In this document: one piece after another, positions 8,818 to 18,008 of the stretch
How the letters are laid out: every line of letters begins with the position of its first letter
Position numbering within the stretch: position 1 is the stretch's first letter
From: an uncultured Tissierellaceae bacterium
Lineage (GTDB): Bacteria > Bacillota > Clostridia > Tissierellales > Tissierellaceae
NCBI GenBank assembly: GCA_964477045.1
Contig: CAYZDC010000001.1
Location: 1-44,960, forward strand
Length of the DNA stretch: 44,960 nt
Direction of reading: 5' to 3'
The notes under the pieces: generated by a model
What the model saw: the letters and a program-made list of their open reading frames with translations, nothing else
What the model was told of the DNA's origin: nothing
Database searches by the model: none
Position numbers and translations under genes: made by a program

Positions 8818-9291
8818 TCAGGTGTTACACACTCTTTCATACATCTTTACAAACTGATTTCCTGTATCTTTTTCTTCTTCTGATAATTCGACAGACTGAA
8901 TAATACTTAGTAATTCTTCGTCTTCATCAATTACTACATCATGATTTCTAAATAGATATACTAAATTTGTAATTTCTTCTTTTTCCATATTTAGGGCTTT
9001 AAGGAACTTAGTTTTGTCTTTCTGATATAAGTCCAATATTATATTAGAAAACTCATCTACATATGCTCCATGAGGGTTATTATATAGCTTAATAATTAAG
9101 GCGATTTCTTCATTAGAAAAGTTGTCTTTTCTAAGATAGTTGAATATCTTTTCAATATGATATGGATATTTTTCATTTAGAATGTCCCAATCCGCCCAAT
9201 AGAACTCCTCTAATAATTCTAAACTTTCTTCTTTTGTTATATTATCTTTATCAATAAATTTTATTATCTTATCTTCAGCTGACATATTCAA
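8818..9291 (-). CDS. Hypothetical acidic protein (157 aa)
   Basis: ORF only. No family recognised. Confidence 0.5.
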   Translation of the reverse strand: MNMSAEDKIIKFIDKDNITKEESLELLEEFYWADWDILNEKYPYHIEKIFNYLRKDNFSNEEIALIIKLYNNPHGAYVDEFSNIILDLYQKDKTKFLKALNMEKEEITNLVYLFRNHDVVIDEDEELLSIIQSVELSEEEKDTGNQFVKMYERVCNT

Positions 9292-9324
9292 AGCACTAAC
9301 TCCTTCAGTATTTATTATGACTAA

Positions 9325-9591
9325 CTAGTCATGTAAGGGATTTTCTCCGACAATTAGAATAGCCTTCGTGACTTCTTTAACTATATCTGCATTATACTGG
9401 TAAGTCATATTGTTAATTCTACCATACAATCTTCCTTTTTCTGATACTACATACTTGGGCTTTAAGTTATTTAGTGTAATGGCAACAATATCCATTTTGC
9501 ATTTGTCACAATCACAGGCTATGGTTGTTTCCTTTAATCGATTATTAACTGCTTTAATAACTTCTTCTTCTAATAAGTTATGCATTTCCAT
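9325..9591 (-). CDS. ComFB (late competence development protein) family protein
   Basis: LLEEEVIKAVNN...CDCDKCKMDIVAITLNNLKPKYV matches the ComFB pattern. I prefer the ATG at 9591 (RBS AAGGGTGA 5 nt upstream) over the ORF-track start at 9624. Confidence 0.8.
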   Translation of the reverse strand: MEMHNLLEEEVIKAVNNRLKETTIACDCDKCKMDIVAITLNNLKPKYVVSEKGRLYGRINNMTYQYNADIVKEVTKAILIVGENPLHD

Positions 9592-9676
9592 ATAATCACC
9601 CTTTTTTATTATTAATAATATCATCTTACCATACTAAAACTAGAAATATAAGTTCATTATATAATTGTTATCTAAT

Positions 9677-10348
9677 TTAACTTTTCGAAGGAACGAAAGG
9701 TATTATCTTGGAAGCTAGATTTGATATTGGCATTGATTGAAGTATTGCTTTCCCGGGACCTGTTAGCTTTACTAAAAACAGTCCTTCTCCGCCAAATAAA
9801 ACGTTTTTCATTCCTTTAACTGTTTTAATTTCATAGTTTACACTTTCTTCAAACATAAAAACATGTCCTTGATCTACTAGAATTGATTGTCCTGGAGCCA
9901 AGTTATACTCAGTTAAAGACCCATCTGCCTCTAAAAATAGTTCCCCATGACCTGAAAGCTTTTGAAGTATAAATCCTTCACCCCCTAACAAACCTGCGGA
10001 AAATTTCTTTGTAAATACTGTTTGTAGTTCTACAGATTTTTCAGATGCTAGGTATGCAGTCTTTTGAGCTATTAGAGTTTGCCCTTCCATTTTTATATTT
10101 AATATGGTTCCTGGCAGTGATGAAGCAAAGGTTATTTCTTGGTTATTTCTTGCTGCAGTATAATAACTAAAAAACATACTTTCTCCTGCAAACATTCTAG
10201 AAAGTCCTTTCATAACTCCTCCTGTTGTAACTTCCACATCTATATCCTCTGTCATCCAAGACATTGCTCCAGCTGTAGTTTTAATTGTCTCACCTTGATC
10301 TAAAGTGCATCTTAGAATAGGATAGTCCCCTTCAATCGAAAACTTCAT
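9677..10348 (-). CDS. AIM24 / TIGR00266 (DUF124) family protein
   Basis: Family-typical beta-rich sequence: ...AGAMSWM..., GGEGFILQKLSGHGELFL, GGEGLFLVKLTGPG. Confidence 0.85.
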   Translation of the reverse strand: MKFSIEGDYPILRCTLDQGETIKTTAGAMSWMTEDIDVEVTTGGVMKGLSRMFAGESMFFSYYTAARNNQEITFASSLPGTILNIKMEGQTLIAQKTAYLASEKSVELQTVFTKKFSAGLLGGEGFILQKLSGHGELFLEADGSLTEYNLAPGQSILVDQGHVFMFEESVNYEIKTVKGMKNVLFGGEGLFLVKLTGPGKAILQSMPISNLASKIIPFVPSKS

Positions 10349-10425
10349 TTAATCTACCTCCCTGATTTAAAATTCCATACATAGTCTTTTATACCCTTAG
10401 TAACTACTTTCTAATTATCTGTAAT

Positions 10426-10455
10426 AAAAGGACTACTTTTTAAAGTAGCCCTTTT
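10426..10455 (-). terminator. Rho-independent terminator after the ATP-grasp gene
   Basis: Minus-strand AAAAGGGCTACTTT-AAA-AAGTAGTCCTTTT followed by a U-rich tail. One mismatch in the stem. Confidence 0.6.
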
Positions 10456-10473
10456 AAATCTTGTTAAATAATA

Positions 10474-11463
10474 CTATTCATTTTCTTTTCTAATTCTCTC
10501 TTTACTAATATTGACTATGGTTTTTATTAATGTGTCATAGTCCATGCCTTCTGCTTCTGCCATTTTTATAATATCACTATTGTATCTATCAAGCCCTGGC
10601 AATGAATTTATTTCAATTACATAGGGTACTCCATCTTTTAGTCTTATATCTACTCTAGAATAATCTCTTAATCCAAGACTATTAAAGGCTTTAATTGCAG
10701 TTTCTGATATTTTTTTGTAGGTTTCTTCATCAACTCTAGCAGGTATATGATAAGTAATATATTTGTCATATTCAAATTTAGCTTCAAAGCTATAAATCTT
10801 ATTTAATTCTTCTGGCAATCTAGAAAAGTCGATTTCTAATATAGGTAATATTCTTATATCATCACCGTTGCCTAGAACCCCTACTGTAAATTCAGTACCT
10901 TCAATATATTCCATCACCATCATTGGAGGATTATATATTTCTAGCCCTTCTTTTACCTTTTCTATTAAGGATTCTCTATCAAAAGTCAAGCTATCGTCTT
11001 GAATCCCTCTGCTTGAGCCTTCATCCTTTGGTTTTACTAGTAATGGAAATTTTAACTCTAAATTGTCAAGTTCTTCAATATTTTGAACTTGAACGAATCC
11101 TGGAGTTGCTATTCCAGATGCTTTAAATATCTTGCCTGAATAAATTTTATTATATGCAATTCCATGACCTAGTGGTGCAGATCCGGTATAATCAATATCT
11201 TCAAATTCCAATAAGGATGGCAATTGTATTAAACTAGCTTCCCCTTTAACTCCATTACAAAGATTAAAAACTAAATCTACTTTTTCCCTATCTAAATTTT
11301 CAATTAAATTATGATCCATTATTAGGTCTATTACTTCATAGGTATCTTTTAAAGCTTCTTTAATATGTCCCATAGTAATTTTATGTTGCCTATCTTCTTG
11401 TATTCCTTCTTCTCCCGGCAAAAATTCTGCTCTTGATTGGTCTCTTACTATTGCAATTTTCAT
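10474..11463 (-). CDS. ATP-grasp enzyme of the D-alanine--D-alanine ligase family (divergent; substrate unknown)
   Basis: ATP-grasp core (LLVKPKDEGSSRGI, MVMEYIEGTEFTVGVLG, EINSLPGL). It lacks the canonical Ddl N-terminal GGxSxE motif. Confidence 0.7.
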   Translation of the reverse strand: MKIAIVRDQSRAEFLPGEEGIQEDRQHKITMGHIKEALKDTYEVIDLIMDHNLIENLDREKVDLVFNLCNGVKGEASLIQLPSLLEFEDIDYTGSAPLGHGIAYNKIYSGKIFKASGIATPGFVQVQNIEELDNLELKFPLLVKPKDEGSSRGIQDDSLTFDRESLIEKVKEGLEIYNPPMMVMEYIEGTEFTVGVLGNGDDIRILPILEIDFSRLPEELNKIYSFEAKFEYDKYITYHIPARVDEETYKKISETAIKAFNSLGLRDYSRVDIRLKDGVPYVIEINSLPGLDRYNSDIIKMAEAEGMDYDTLIKTIVNISKERIRKENE

Positions 11464-11538
11464 TTTTACATCTCCCGTTTAATTAAATTCCACTGATTCT
11501 ATGGCTTACTATTATTTTAAGATGTTGGAAACCAAAAG

Positions 11539-11916
11539 TTAAGCTTGTTCTCTATACTTTCTCATATCTTGAGAGTCTTTGATCTCAAGTCCTTTTTCCC
11601 CAGCTAAGGATTCCAAATGATGTGTAAATTCATGTAAGAGGGTTTCTTTTAAATGTTCATACAATGCTTCTCTTGATGCTCCTCTATATACATTTTTAAA
11701 TGACCCATAGTAAATCTTAATATTTCTACCAGTTACACTCCTACTATACTCACCCATTATATAAAGGGATTGTTTGTCTCTGCTTTCAGGATGGATTTTA
11801 TATTCCTCTAATAAAACCACTCCTTCATTTAATCTTTCAAAAAATTCTACTGGTATTTCTGTTGCTATTTGATCTAGCATGTCATGTACATCTTCTATTG
11901 TTGGAAAATCATTCAT
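11539..11916 (-). CDS. Zincin-like metallopeptidase family protein (DUF1025 type)
   Basis: HEFTHHL (HExxH) near the C-terminus. ~125 aa, typical of this small family. Confidence 0.7.
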   Translation of the reverse strand: MNDFPTIEDVHDMLDQIATEIPVEFFERLNEGVVLLEEYKIHPESRDKQSLYIMGEYSRSVTGRNIKIYYGSFKNVYRGASREALYEHLKETLLHEFTHHLESLAGEKGLEIKDSQDMRKYREQA

Positions 11917-12106
11917 TTACTATCACCTTTACTCTGCCTACTAAGCCATTTTCTAATCTCACCTTTATTCCGTGTGGGTGGCTACTAGAATTTGTAAGTA
12001 TATCTTTCACTATGCCTTCACTTAATATACCATTCTTTTGATTTTGCTTTTCAGCAATTTTTACTTTACTACCTATTTTAATATCTTTGAGGATTGTTCC
12101 TTCCAT
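11909..12106 (-). CDS. YwbE family protein
   Basis: IKIGSKVKI..KQNQKNGILSEGIVKDILTNSSSHPHGIKVRLENGLVGRV. I prefer the ATG at 12106 (RBS AAGGAG) over the ORF-track start at 12139. Confidence 0.8.
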   Translation of the reverse strand: MEGTILKDIKIGSKVKIAEKQNQKNGILSEGIVKDILTNSSSHPHGIKVRLENGLVGRVKVIVNE

Positions 12107-12277
12107 AATTATTACTCCTTTATCTTCTGTAATAATCATATTATATCATATGTATAGACGATTTTTACCCAATATTTAAGATAGTATTTTAAAGTTCTAG
12201 TATTCTATGATATATTTAGTTTAATCTTTGAAACTCGTAATAATTAATGATTATTTAATTGAAAGGTGGATGATGAT

Positions 12278-12802
12278 ATGGATATGTTGGATTTGTTGTT
12301 AAATCGAAGAAGTATACGAAAGTATAAGGATGTAGAAGTAGAAAAAGAAAAGATTGATATTATTTTAAAATCAGCACTGACTTCTCCCTCGGGAAGAAAT
12401 ATTAGACCATGGGAACTTATTGTAGTCACTAATAAGGAAGTGCTTTTTAAACTTGGTCAGTCTAGAGGTGAAGTTTCAAAACAATTAGCTGGTGCAGCCT
12501 TGGCTATAGTAATAGTTGCAGACCCTAGCCTTACAGATATTTGGATAGAAGATAGCTCTATACTTTCTACTATAATACAGTTGACATCTCAATCTTTAGA
12601 TCTTGGCTCATGTTGGGTTCAAGTTCGGGAGAGGAAAGACAATAATGGAATAAGTGTTGAGAATACTGTTAAAGACATATTAAATATTCCTACTGATTTT
12701 AGGGTTGAATCTATGATTGCTATAGGATATCCAGATGAAGAAAAAGAGCCTTACAATGAAGATGACCTGCTTTTTGATAAAGTTCACTACAATACTTATT
12801 AA
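12278..12802 (+). CDS. Nitroreductase family protein
   Basis: LLLNRRSIRKY, SPSGRNIRPWE. I prefer the ATG at 12278 (RBS GAAAGGTGGA) over the GTG at 12266. Confidence 0.85.
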   Translation: MDMLDLLLNRRSIRKYKDVEVEKEKIDIILKSALTSPSGRNIRPWELIVVTNKEVLFKLGQSRGEVSKQLAGAALAIVIVADPSLTDIWIEDSSILSTIIQLTSQSLDLGSCWVQVRERKDNNGISVENTVKDILNIPTDFRVESMIAIGYPDEEKEPYNEDDLLFDKVHYNTY

Positions 12803-12812
12803 TAGTATTAAA

Positions 12813-12834
12813 AAAAGGACCCTAGGGTCCTTTT
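12813..12834. terminator. Bidirectional terminator (perfect palindrome)
   Basis: AAAAGGACCCTAGGGTCCTTTT between the convergent nitroreductase gene and sodA. Confidence 0.8.
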
Positions 12835-12839
12835 ATAAT

Positions 12840-13448
12840 TTATTTTGCTTTATTAAATTTATCTGCTACATATTTCCAATCTACTGTATTCCACCATTTG
12901 TCTATATAATCTCCTCTTAAGTTTTTATACTTAAGATAATAAGCATGTTCCCAAACGTCTATACCTAATAATGGTTTCTTTCCTTCTGAAATAGGATTAT
13001 CTTGGTTTGGAGTGGCTGTTACTTTTAATTTACCATTGTCTAATACTAACCATGCCCATCCACTACCAAATTGACCTAATGCTGCTTTTTTAAAGTCTTC
13101 TTTAAACTTGTCTAAACCGCCTAAATCTTCATCTATTTTCTTGGCTAATTCACCTTCTGGATTTCCTCCACCATCTGGAGACATAAATTTCCAGAACATA
13201 GCGTGATTATAGTGGCCACCTCCGTTATTTCTAACAGCTGTTCTTATTTCTTCAGGTAATTTGTCTAGATTTTTTAATAATTCTTCAACATCCATATCTG
13301 CAAATTTTTCTTGTCCCTCTAATGCTTTGTTTAAGTTGTTAACATATCCTTGGTGATGTTTGCTATAATGCGTTTCCATTGTCAGTTTGTCTATATTTGG
13401 CTCTAATGCGTCATAAGAATAATTTAATTCTGGTAGTGTAAATTTCAT
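12840..13448 (-). CDS. sodA: Fe/Mn superoxide dismutase
   Basis: [36 protein letters not shown] ... [13 protein letters not shown]. Confidence 0.95.
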   Translation of the reverse strand: MKFTLPELNYSYDALEPNIDKLTMETHYSKHHQGYVNNLNKALEGQEKFADMDVEELLKNLDKLPEEIRTAVRNNGGGHYNHAMFWKFMSPDGGGNPEGELAKKIDEDLGGLDKFKEDFKKAALGQFGSGWAWLVLDNGKLKVTATPNQDNPISEGKKPLLGIDVWEHAYYLKYKNLRGDYIDKWWNTVDWKYVADKFNKAK

Positions 13449-13526
13449 AATAATATCTCTCCCTTTTTTTTAATATCTATTTTTCTGAGATTCATTTGCT
13501 CTCTAATCTATATGTACCCACCATTC

Positions 13527-13549
13527 TAATTGATAAACATTATCAATTA
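13527..13549. promoter_or_regulatory. Fur/PerR-family-like operator upstream of sodA
   Basis: 10-bp perfect inverted repeat TAATTGATAA-ACA-TTATCAATTA. The core TGATAAACATTATCA (13531-13545) matches the 7-1-7 Fur box TGATAATnATTATCA at 14 of the 15 positions (14 specified). It lies ~80-100 bp upstream of the sodA ATG and overlaps a possible -35 (TTATCA). Confidence 0.4.
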
Positions 13550-13558
13550 AGTATAAAA

Positions 13559-13600
13559 AATAACAAAGATTTCTTTTTTAAATAAGAAAACTTTGTTATT
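13559..13600 (-). terminator. Terminator after the yciI-like gene
   Basis: AATAACAAAGATTTCTT / AAGAAAACTTTGTTATT arms (one mismatch), with a U-rich tail on the minus strand. Confidence 0.55.
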
Positions 13601-13614
13601 TTACTTCTAAATTA

Positions 13615-13878
13615 TTAAAATGTACTTTTCCATTCCTTTAATTCATAGGTTCTAGTTTTATGAATTGTTATAGGGTCATTATCTATTAATCTTTTAGCCT
13701 CTTCTATGTTTTCCACATTAAATATAACCAATCCACCACTATGGTCTGTAAATGGTCCCTTTGCAAAAATCTTTCCTTCTGCAATATACTTATTAAGATA
13801 TGCTATATGGTCTTCTAATATTTCTGCATCCTTTATAGGATCTACCATTTTTAAAATAGCTGCATATAAAATTTTCAT
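13615..13878 (-). CDS. YciI family protein
   Basis: 87 aa, with ..HIAYLNKYIAEGKIFAKGPF..GGLVIFNVENIEEAKRLIDNDP. Confidence 0.75.
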   Translation of the reverse strand: MKILYAAILKMVDPIKDAEILEDHIAYLNKYIAEGKIFAKGPFTDHSGGLVIFNVENIEEAKRLIDNDPITIHKTRTYELKEWKSTF

Positions 13879-13894
13879 TTCAACCTCCCCAGTA

Positions 13895-14653
13895 TTAATT
13901 ATTTTGAATTAAATCCACTGTTTCTTTTAAGCTGCTTACTTTATATTCTAAGGAAATAACCGGATTGATATCGTACTTATCTAATAAACTTTTAATATAT
14001 TGTATATCTTCCTTTGATGGCTCCAGATGCTGATCATATAAACCATCATTCCAGTGCAAGTGTATATATGCAATATGATCTTTTAATTCACTTATCCATT
14101 CTTCTAGTGGAACCTTACCTAATTTTGCATGGCCTATGTCTAAGTTTATTTTTATGTTTTCCATATTCACTGTTTCAATATAGTCTTTTAACATTGCTGG
14201 ACTTTCTTCAAATATGTTTTCTATTAATATAGTACCCTTAAATTCTTCTACCTTTCCCATTATATACTTCCAAAATTCTCTGGATTGTCTATTATTTAAG
14301 TCTTTAAGAAATGGTTGATTTAAAAAAGGATTGATTTGGCTATGGAAAATCACATAGTCCATTTCCAATTCTATTGCACTATTTATTGTTCTAAGATATT
14401 TATAATAACTAACTCTCATTATATCTGCATCAGGACTAGCTGGTTTTAAATCTAAAAATGGTCCATGGAGAGATTTTGTATATGGAAAGTTTTTTAATAA
14501 TGTTTTATATTTAAAAACAATTTTTTTTATTTCATCATCAGACAGATTACTTTCTGTAAAGTCTTGTATTTCTACTCCAATATTTAAGTCTAAATGTTCT
14601 TTTAAAAGAAAATCATTTACTGTTCTTACACAATTTATTATGTCTCTTTTCAT
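13895..14653 (-). CDS. Sugar phosphate isomerase/epimerase (xylose-isomerase-like TIM barrel) family protein
   Basis: Pattern of alternating beta/alpha segments with LENIFEE, NLDIGHA and IHLHWNDG motifs, typical of the AP-endonuclease-2/TIM family. Confidence 0.6.
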   Translation of the reverse strand: MKRDIINCVRTVNDFLLKEHLDLNIGVEIQDFTESNLSDDEIKKIVFKYKTLLKNFPYTKSLHGPFLDLKPASPDADIMRVSYYKYLRTINSAIELEMDYVIFHSQINPFLNQPFLKDLNNRQSREFWKYIMGKVEEFKGTILIENIFEESPAMLKDYIETVNMENIKINLDIGHAKLGKVPLEEWISELKDHIAYIHLHWNDGLYDQHLEPSKEDIQYIKSLLDKYDINPVISLEYKVSSLKETVDLIQNN

Positions 14654-14671
14654 TTTTACCTCTCTTTCTAG

Positions 14672-15571
14672 CTACGCAATAAATAAGATTGCTACTCCTA
14701 CAACTGAAATTAATGTGCCTAATATCTCCTTTGGCTTTACCTTTTCCTTAAAAAGTATTATAGAAAATGGTATTATAAGCACAGGCATAATTGATGTAAT
14801 GGTGGCAGAAATTCCTGCTGTAGTATTTTGCAAGGATATAAGTGCCAGAGATACCCCAACAAATGGGCCAAAGAAGGCTCCTATGGTTATTCCTGTCATT
14901 GCTTTTTTGTCTTTAAATGCAAGAGCAAGGTCTTTCCACTTTTTCTTATATAAAAACAAGATAAAAAAGCCTATGAAGCCTGTAATAATTCGTATTTGAG
15001 TAGCTGCAAATGGATTGTATGTGCCCATTCCTATTTTACTTAATATAAGTCCTACTGATTGGCCTAAAGCGCCTAAGAATGCGTATGTCAATCCTTTTAC
15101 AGAATGGGTTAATTTTAGCTTTTTCCCCCCTGTGTCTTTGCTTAGTATTACTACAGCTATGCCTAGGGTTGTAATAGCCATTCCTAATAAGCCTTTTGGT
15201 GTAATTACCTCTCCCATAAATATAAACCCTAGTAAGGCTGTAATAGGAGGGCTAGTTGCCATAATTAACATGGCTACTCTAGTACCTACTTCTAAATAAG
15301 ATTGAAATAAAAACAAATCACCTATGAAGAAACCTATTATGCCTGACAGTCCTAGCCATATCCAATTAAAGGAGCTAGAGTCTGTTGGTAGCAGTAGTCC
15401 CCTAGTTAAGTAAGTGAATAAACTTATAAAAATAAATCCTAAAATAAGTCTAATAAAGTTTACTGCTAATGATCCTACTTTTTTCCCTGCATACTCAAAT
15501 GATATTCCTGTAAAAGTCCAACAAAATGCAGTAGCTAATGCAGCTATTTCTCCTATATGTGATTTTAACAT
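14672..15571 (-). CDS. DMT superfamily (EamA-type) transporter
   Basis: About ten predicted TM segments in a 5+5 duplicated arrangement. Confidence 0.85.
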   Translation of the reverse strand: MLKSHIGEIAALATAFCWTFTGISFEYAGKKVGSLAVNFIRLILGFIFISLFTYLTRGLLLPTDSSSFNWIWLGLSGIIGFFIGDLFLFQSYLEVGTRVAMLIMATSPPITALLGFIFMGEVITPKGLLGMAITTLGIAVVILSKDTGGKKLKLTHSVKGLTYAFLGALGQSVGLILSKIGMGTYNPFAATQIRIITGFIGFFILFLYKKKWKDLALAFKDKKAMTGITIGAFFGPFVGVSLALISLQNTTAGISATITSIMPVLIIPFSIILFKEKVKPKEILGTLISVVGVAILFIA

Positions 15572-15591
15572 TTCACTCCTCGCTCTCCTGT

Positions 15592-16572
15592 TTATTCAAA
15601 TTTTTCATATGCTCTTAGAATTAATATTGTAGCTACTTCTCTAGAGGAGTTACCTAGTGGATCAATTTTACCATATCCATCTCCCTTTAAAATTTTATTC
15701 TTATACATAAATTGCATTCCTTCTAATGCCCATTGGTCTATACTAGCTTGATCAACAAATCTATCTACATTTTGGACATTAAAATCTAAGTCTGGATGTA
15801 ATAGTTTTATAGCTCTATAAATCATAGTACATAATTCTTGACGGGTCACATACTCATCTGGCTTAAATTGGTCGTAGCCATTACCTGTTACTATGCCTAA
15901 TTCAGCTGCTTTTAAAACTTCTGGATTCTCTGTATCGCTAAAGTAATTTTCCGAATAAGCTACTGTTTTACCGGTTACCCTAACATACATTTTCATTAAT
16001 ACTTCTGCAAATTCTTCTCTGGTTACATTTTTTGTCATATCATCTCTAATTGCGTTAGTAATTAAATCCAAGTCCTTTGCTCTATCTAGCTCCTCTTCTG
16101 CCCATTCACTGGCATTTTCATAGTAATCCATATTGCCTGCAGTTGTAAGGGTTGAGAAGCTTCCATAATTTCCATTAAACTTATATCTAATTCTAAAACT
16201 ATAGTAGTTATTTTTAACATCAATTTTTTCACTGGATATTTTTTCTACTATAGGATCGAAAACAATATGAGATACATTTGCTCCATCCCAAGTCAAAGAA
16301 TTACCACTTAGCTTTGCATTTGTTTCAGATTGCCATGGATTATTTCCTACTTTAAAGTCAACTTCATATAGCACATTACTTCCCAACTTAATAATAGAAG
16401 CTGGATTATTCCAATTTATTTTAAAATAGGAATCTCCTTGTCTGCTACCATCTTCATAGGTCTTTATTTCACTAGTTGGCTTCAAAGGACTATCTAAGTC
16501 TTCAGCAGCAAAAGCAAAGCTGGAAATAGATATTACTCCTATTAATAAAAATACTATTATTCGCTTAAACAT
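15592..16572 (-). CDS. Secreted SLH-domain cell-wall protein
   Basis: Signal peptide MFKRIIVFLLIGVISISSFAFA. C-terminal SLH-type repeats (FSDT..AAELGIVTGNGYDQFKPDEYVTRQE). ATG at 16572 with GGAGG 6 nt upstream is preferred over the ORF-track start at 16623. Confidence 0.8.
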   Translation of the reverse strand: MFKRIIVFLLIGVISISSFAFAAEDLDSPLKPTSEIKTYEDGSRQGDSYFKINWNNPASIIKLGSNVLYEVDFKVGNNPWQSETNAKLSGNSLTWDGANVSHIVFDPIVEKISSEKIDVKNNYYSFRIRYKFNGNYGSFSTLTTAGNMDYYENASEWAEEELDRAKDLDLITNAIRDDMTKNVTREEFAEVLMKMYVRVTGKTVAYSENYFSDTENPEVLKAAELGIVTGNGYDQFKPDEYVTRQELCTMIYRAIKLLHPDLDFNVQNVDRFVDQASIDQWALEGMQFMYKNKILKGDGYGKIDPLGNSSREVATILILRAYEKFE

Positions 16573-16675
16573 TATTGACCTCCTATAATAACTATTGTGT
16601 TCTTCATATCTTATCAAATACACATTTGATACTATTATAATACATTATTTAAGAGGAAAACACAAAACAAAAAGA

Positions 16676-16714
16676 CAAAGTGATCAAAGGTGTCCGACCC
16701 TTTTGATCACTTTG
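16676..16714 (-). terminator. Terminator closing the cobalamin operon
   Basis: 13-bp perfect stem CAAAGTGATCAAA / TTTGATCACTTTG, followed on the minus strand by UCUUUUUGUUUUGUGUUUU. Confidence 0.75.
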
Positions 16715-16716
16715 GT

Positions 16717-17280
16717 TTAAATATTCAGGTTATTGATGTATTTATCCCCATCATTTATCTTTATTACTGTTATGCTTCCATTGTCAGCTTTGAATTTAAA
16801 AAAGTAATCTGGCTTATCAAATACCCAGCAACAAGCTAACTTTATAATCCCATCGTGGGTAACCAATACTACATCCTCATTCTTTTCTACTAATTCATCT
16901 AGAAATGTTTTCAATCTATTATAAACCCCAATTATACTTTCTCCTTCAGGAATTTGATAGTTAAATACATCATCTGTCCACGCTTGTGATTCTTCTGGAT
17001 GTTTTTCTGTATATTCTTTGAAGTTCATTCCTGTGAATATTCCAAAATTTAATTCTTGAATTCTACTTTCTTCTATACCTTCAAGTTCTAAATGCTTATG
17101 AGTTTCTACGGTTCTTCTTAGAGGACTATAGTAGACTTTTGAGAATTTATAATCTTTTAATTTTTCCCTGGTATTTTTTATTTGCTGGATACCATTTTTA
17201 GAAAGTCTTGTCTCTGCAGCACTAAATACTTTTTTTATATTATCTTCTGATTCCCCATGTCTTATCATAATTATATCCAT
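16717..17280 (-). CDS. cobC: Alpha-ribazole phosphatase (histidine phosphatase family)
   Basis: RHGESEDN catalytic motif, and its position after cobS. Confidence 0.8.
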   Translation of the reverse strand: MDIIMIRHGESEDNIKKVFSAAETRLSKNGIQQIKNTREKLKDYKFSKVYYSPLRRTVETHKHLELEGIEESRIQELNFGIFTGMNFKEYTEKHPEESQAWTDDVFNYQIPEGESIIGVYNRLKTFLDELVEKNEDVVLVTHDGIIKLACCWVFDKPDYFFKFKADNGSITVIKINDGDKYINNLNI

Positions 17281-18008
17281 TGTATCACCCCCATAAATAA
17301 GAGTAATGAAAAAGCTTCACATAATTCTATAGTGGCTCCATATACATCACCTGTAAATCCATCTATTTTTTTATAAGTAATTTTTGTTATTAATTCTCCT
17401 AATATTATTGACCCTAATAAAGGTATTAAGAATTTAATATTTAATATACTAATTATTGTAGTATAAAGTATAAAACTTCCTATCATATAATTCTTAGGTT
17501 TACTATTATGAAACAGTTCCCCTAGACCTCCTGGTCTAGAAGTTTTTTTATAGGTCATTTGAATTAAAGTTACAAGTCTACTATTTCCTAAAGATAATAT
17601 TATTGCCAATCCTACATTATAGGATAAATTTGATATTATTATATACTTAAATAAAATTACTAAAATCAAGCTTATTACACCAAAAGCTCCTATCCGACTA
17701 TCCTTCATTATTACTAGCATTTTTTCCTTGTCTCTAGCTGAATAAAAACCATCAGCAGTATCTGATAGTCCATCTAGGTGTAAGCCTCCAGTTAGAATTA
17801 TTATCATTAAAACGGCTACAAAGGATGCTACATCCTTATTAAATGGAAGCAATATATAATAAGAAAGAGCTGTAATAGCTCCTAGTAAAATTCCTATAAA
17901 AGGAAAAAAGAAAGTAGATTTTCTAATATTTTCTTCCTTAAATTCAATTTCCTTGTTTATTGGAATTCTCGTTAAAAATTGTAATGAAAGTATTAATCCA
18001 TTTATCAT
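17271..18008 (-). CDS. cobS: Adenosylcobinamide-GDP ribazoletransferase (cobalamin synthase)
   Basis: LSLQFLTRIP..., LDGLSDTADG. ATG at 18008 forms an ATGA overlap with the cobU stop. Confidence 0.9.
   Translation of the reverse strand: MINGLILSLQFLTRIPINKEIEFKEENIRKSTFFFPFIGILLGAITALSYYILLPFNKDVASFVAVLMIIILTGGLHLDGLSDTADGFYSARDKEKMLVIMKDSRIGAFGVISLILVILFKYIIISNLSYNVGLAIILSLGNSRLVTLIQMTYKKTSRPGGLGELFHNSKPKNYMIGSFILYTTIISILNIKFLIPLLGSIILGELITKITYKKIDGFTGDVYGATIELCEAFSLLLFMGVIQWI

Noticed and set aside
14640-15632. Plus-strand ORFs of 119, 94 and 72 aa antisense to the EamA transporter gene
   Set aside because: They lie almost entirely within, and antisense to, a well-supported membrane-protein gene. 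They are shadow ORFs typical of AT-rich genomes, with no RBS.
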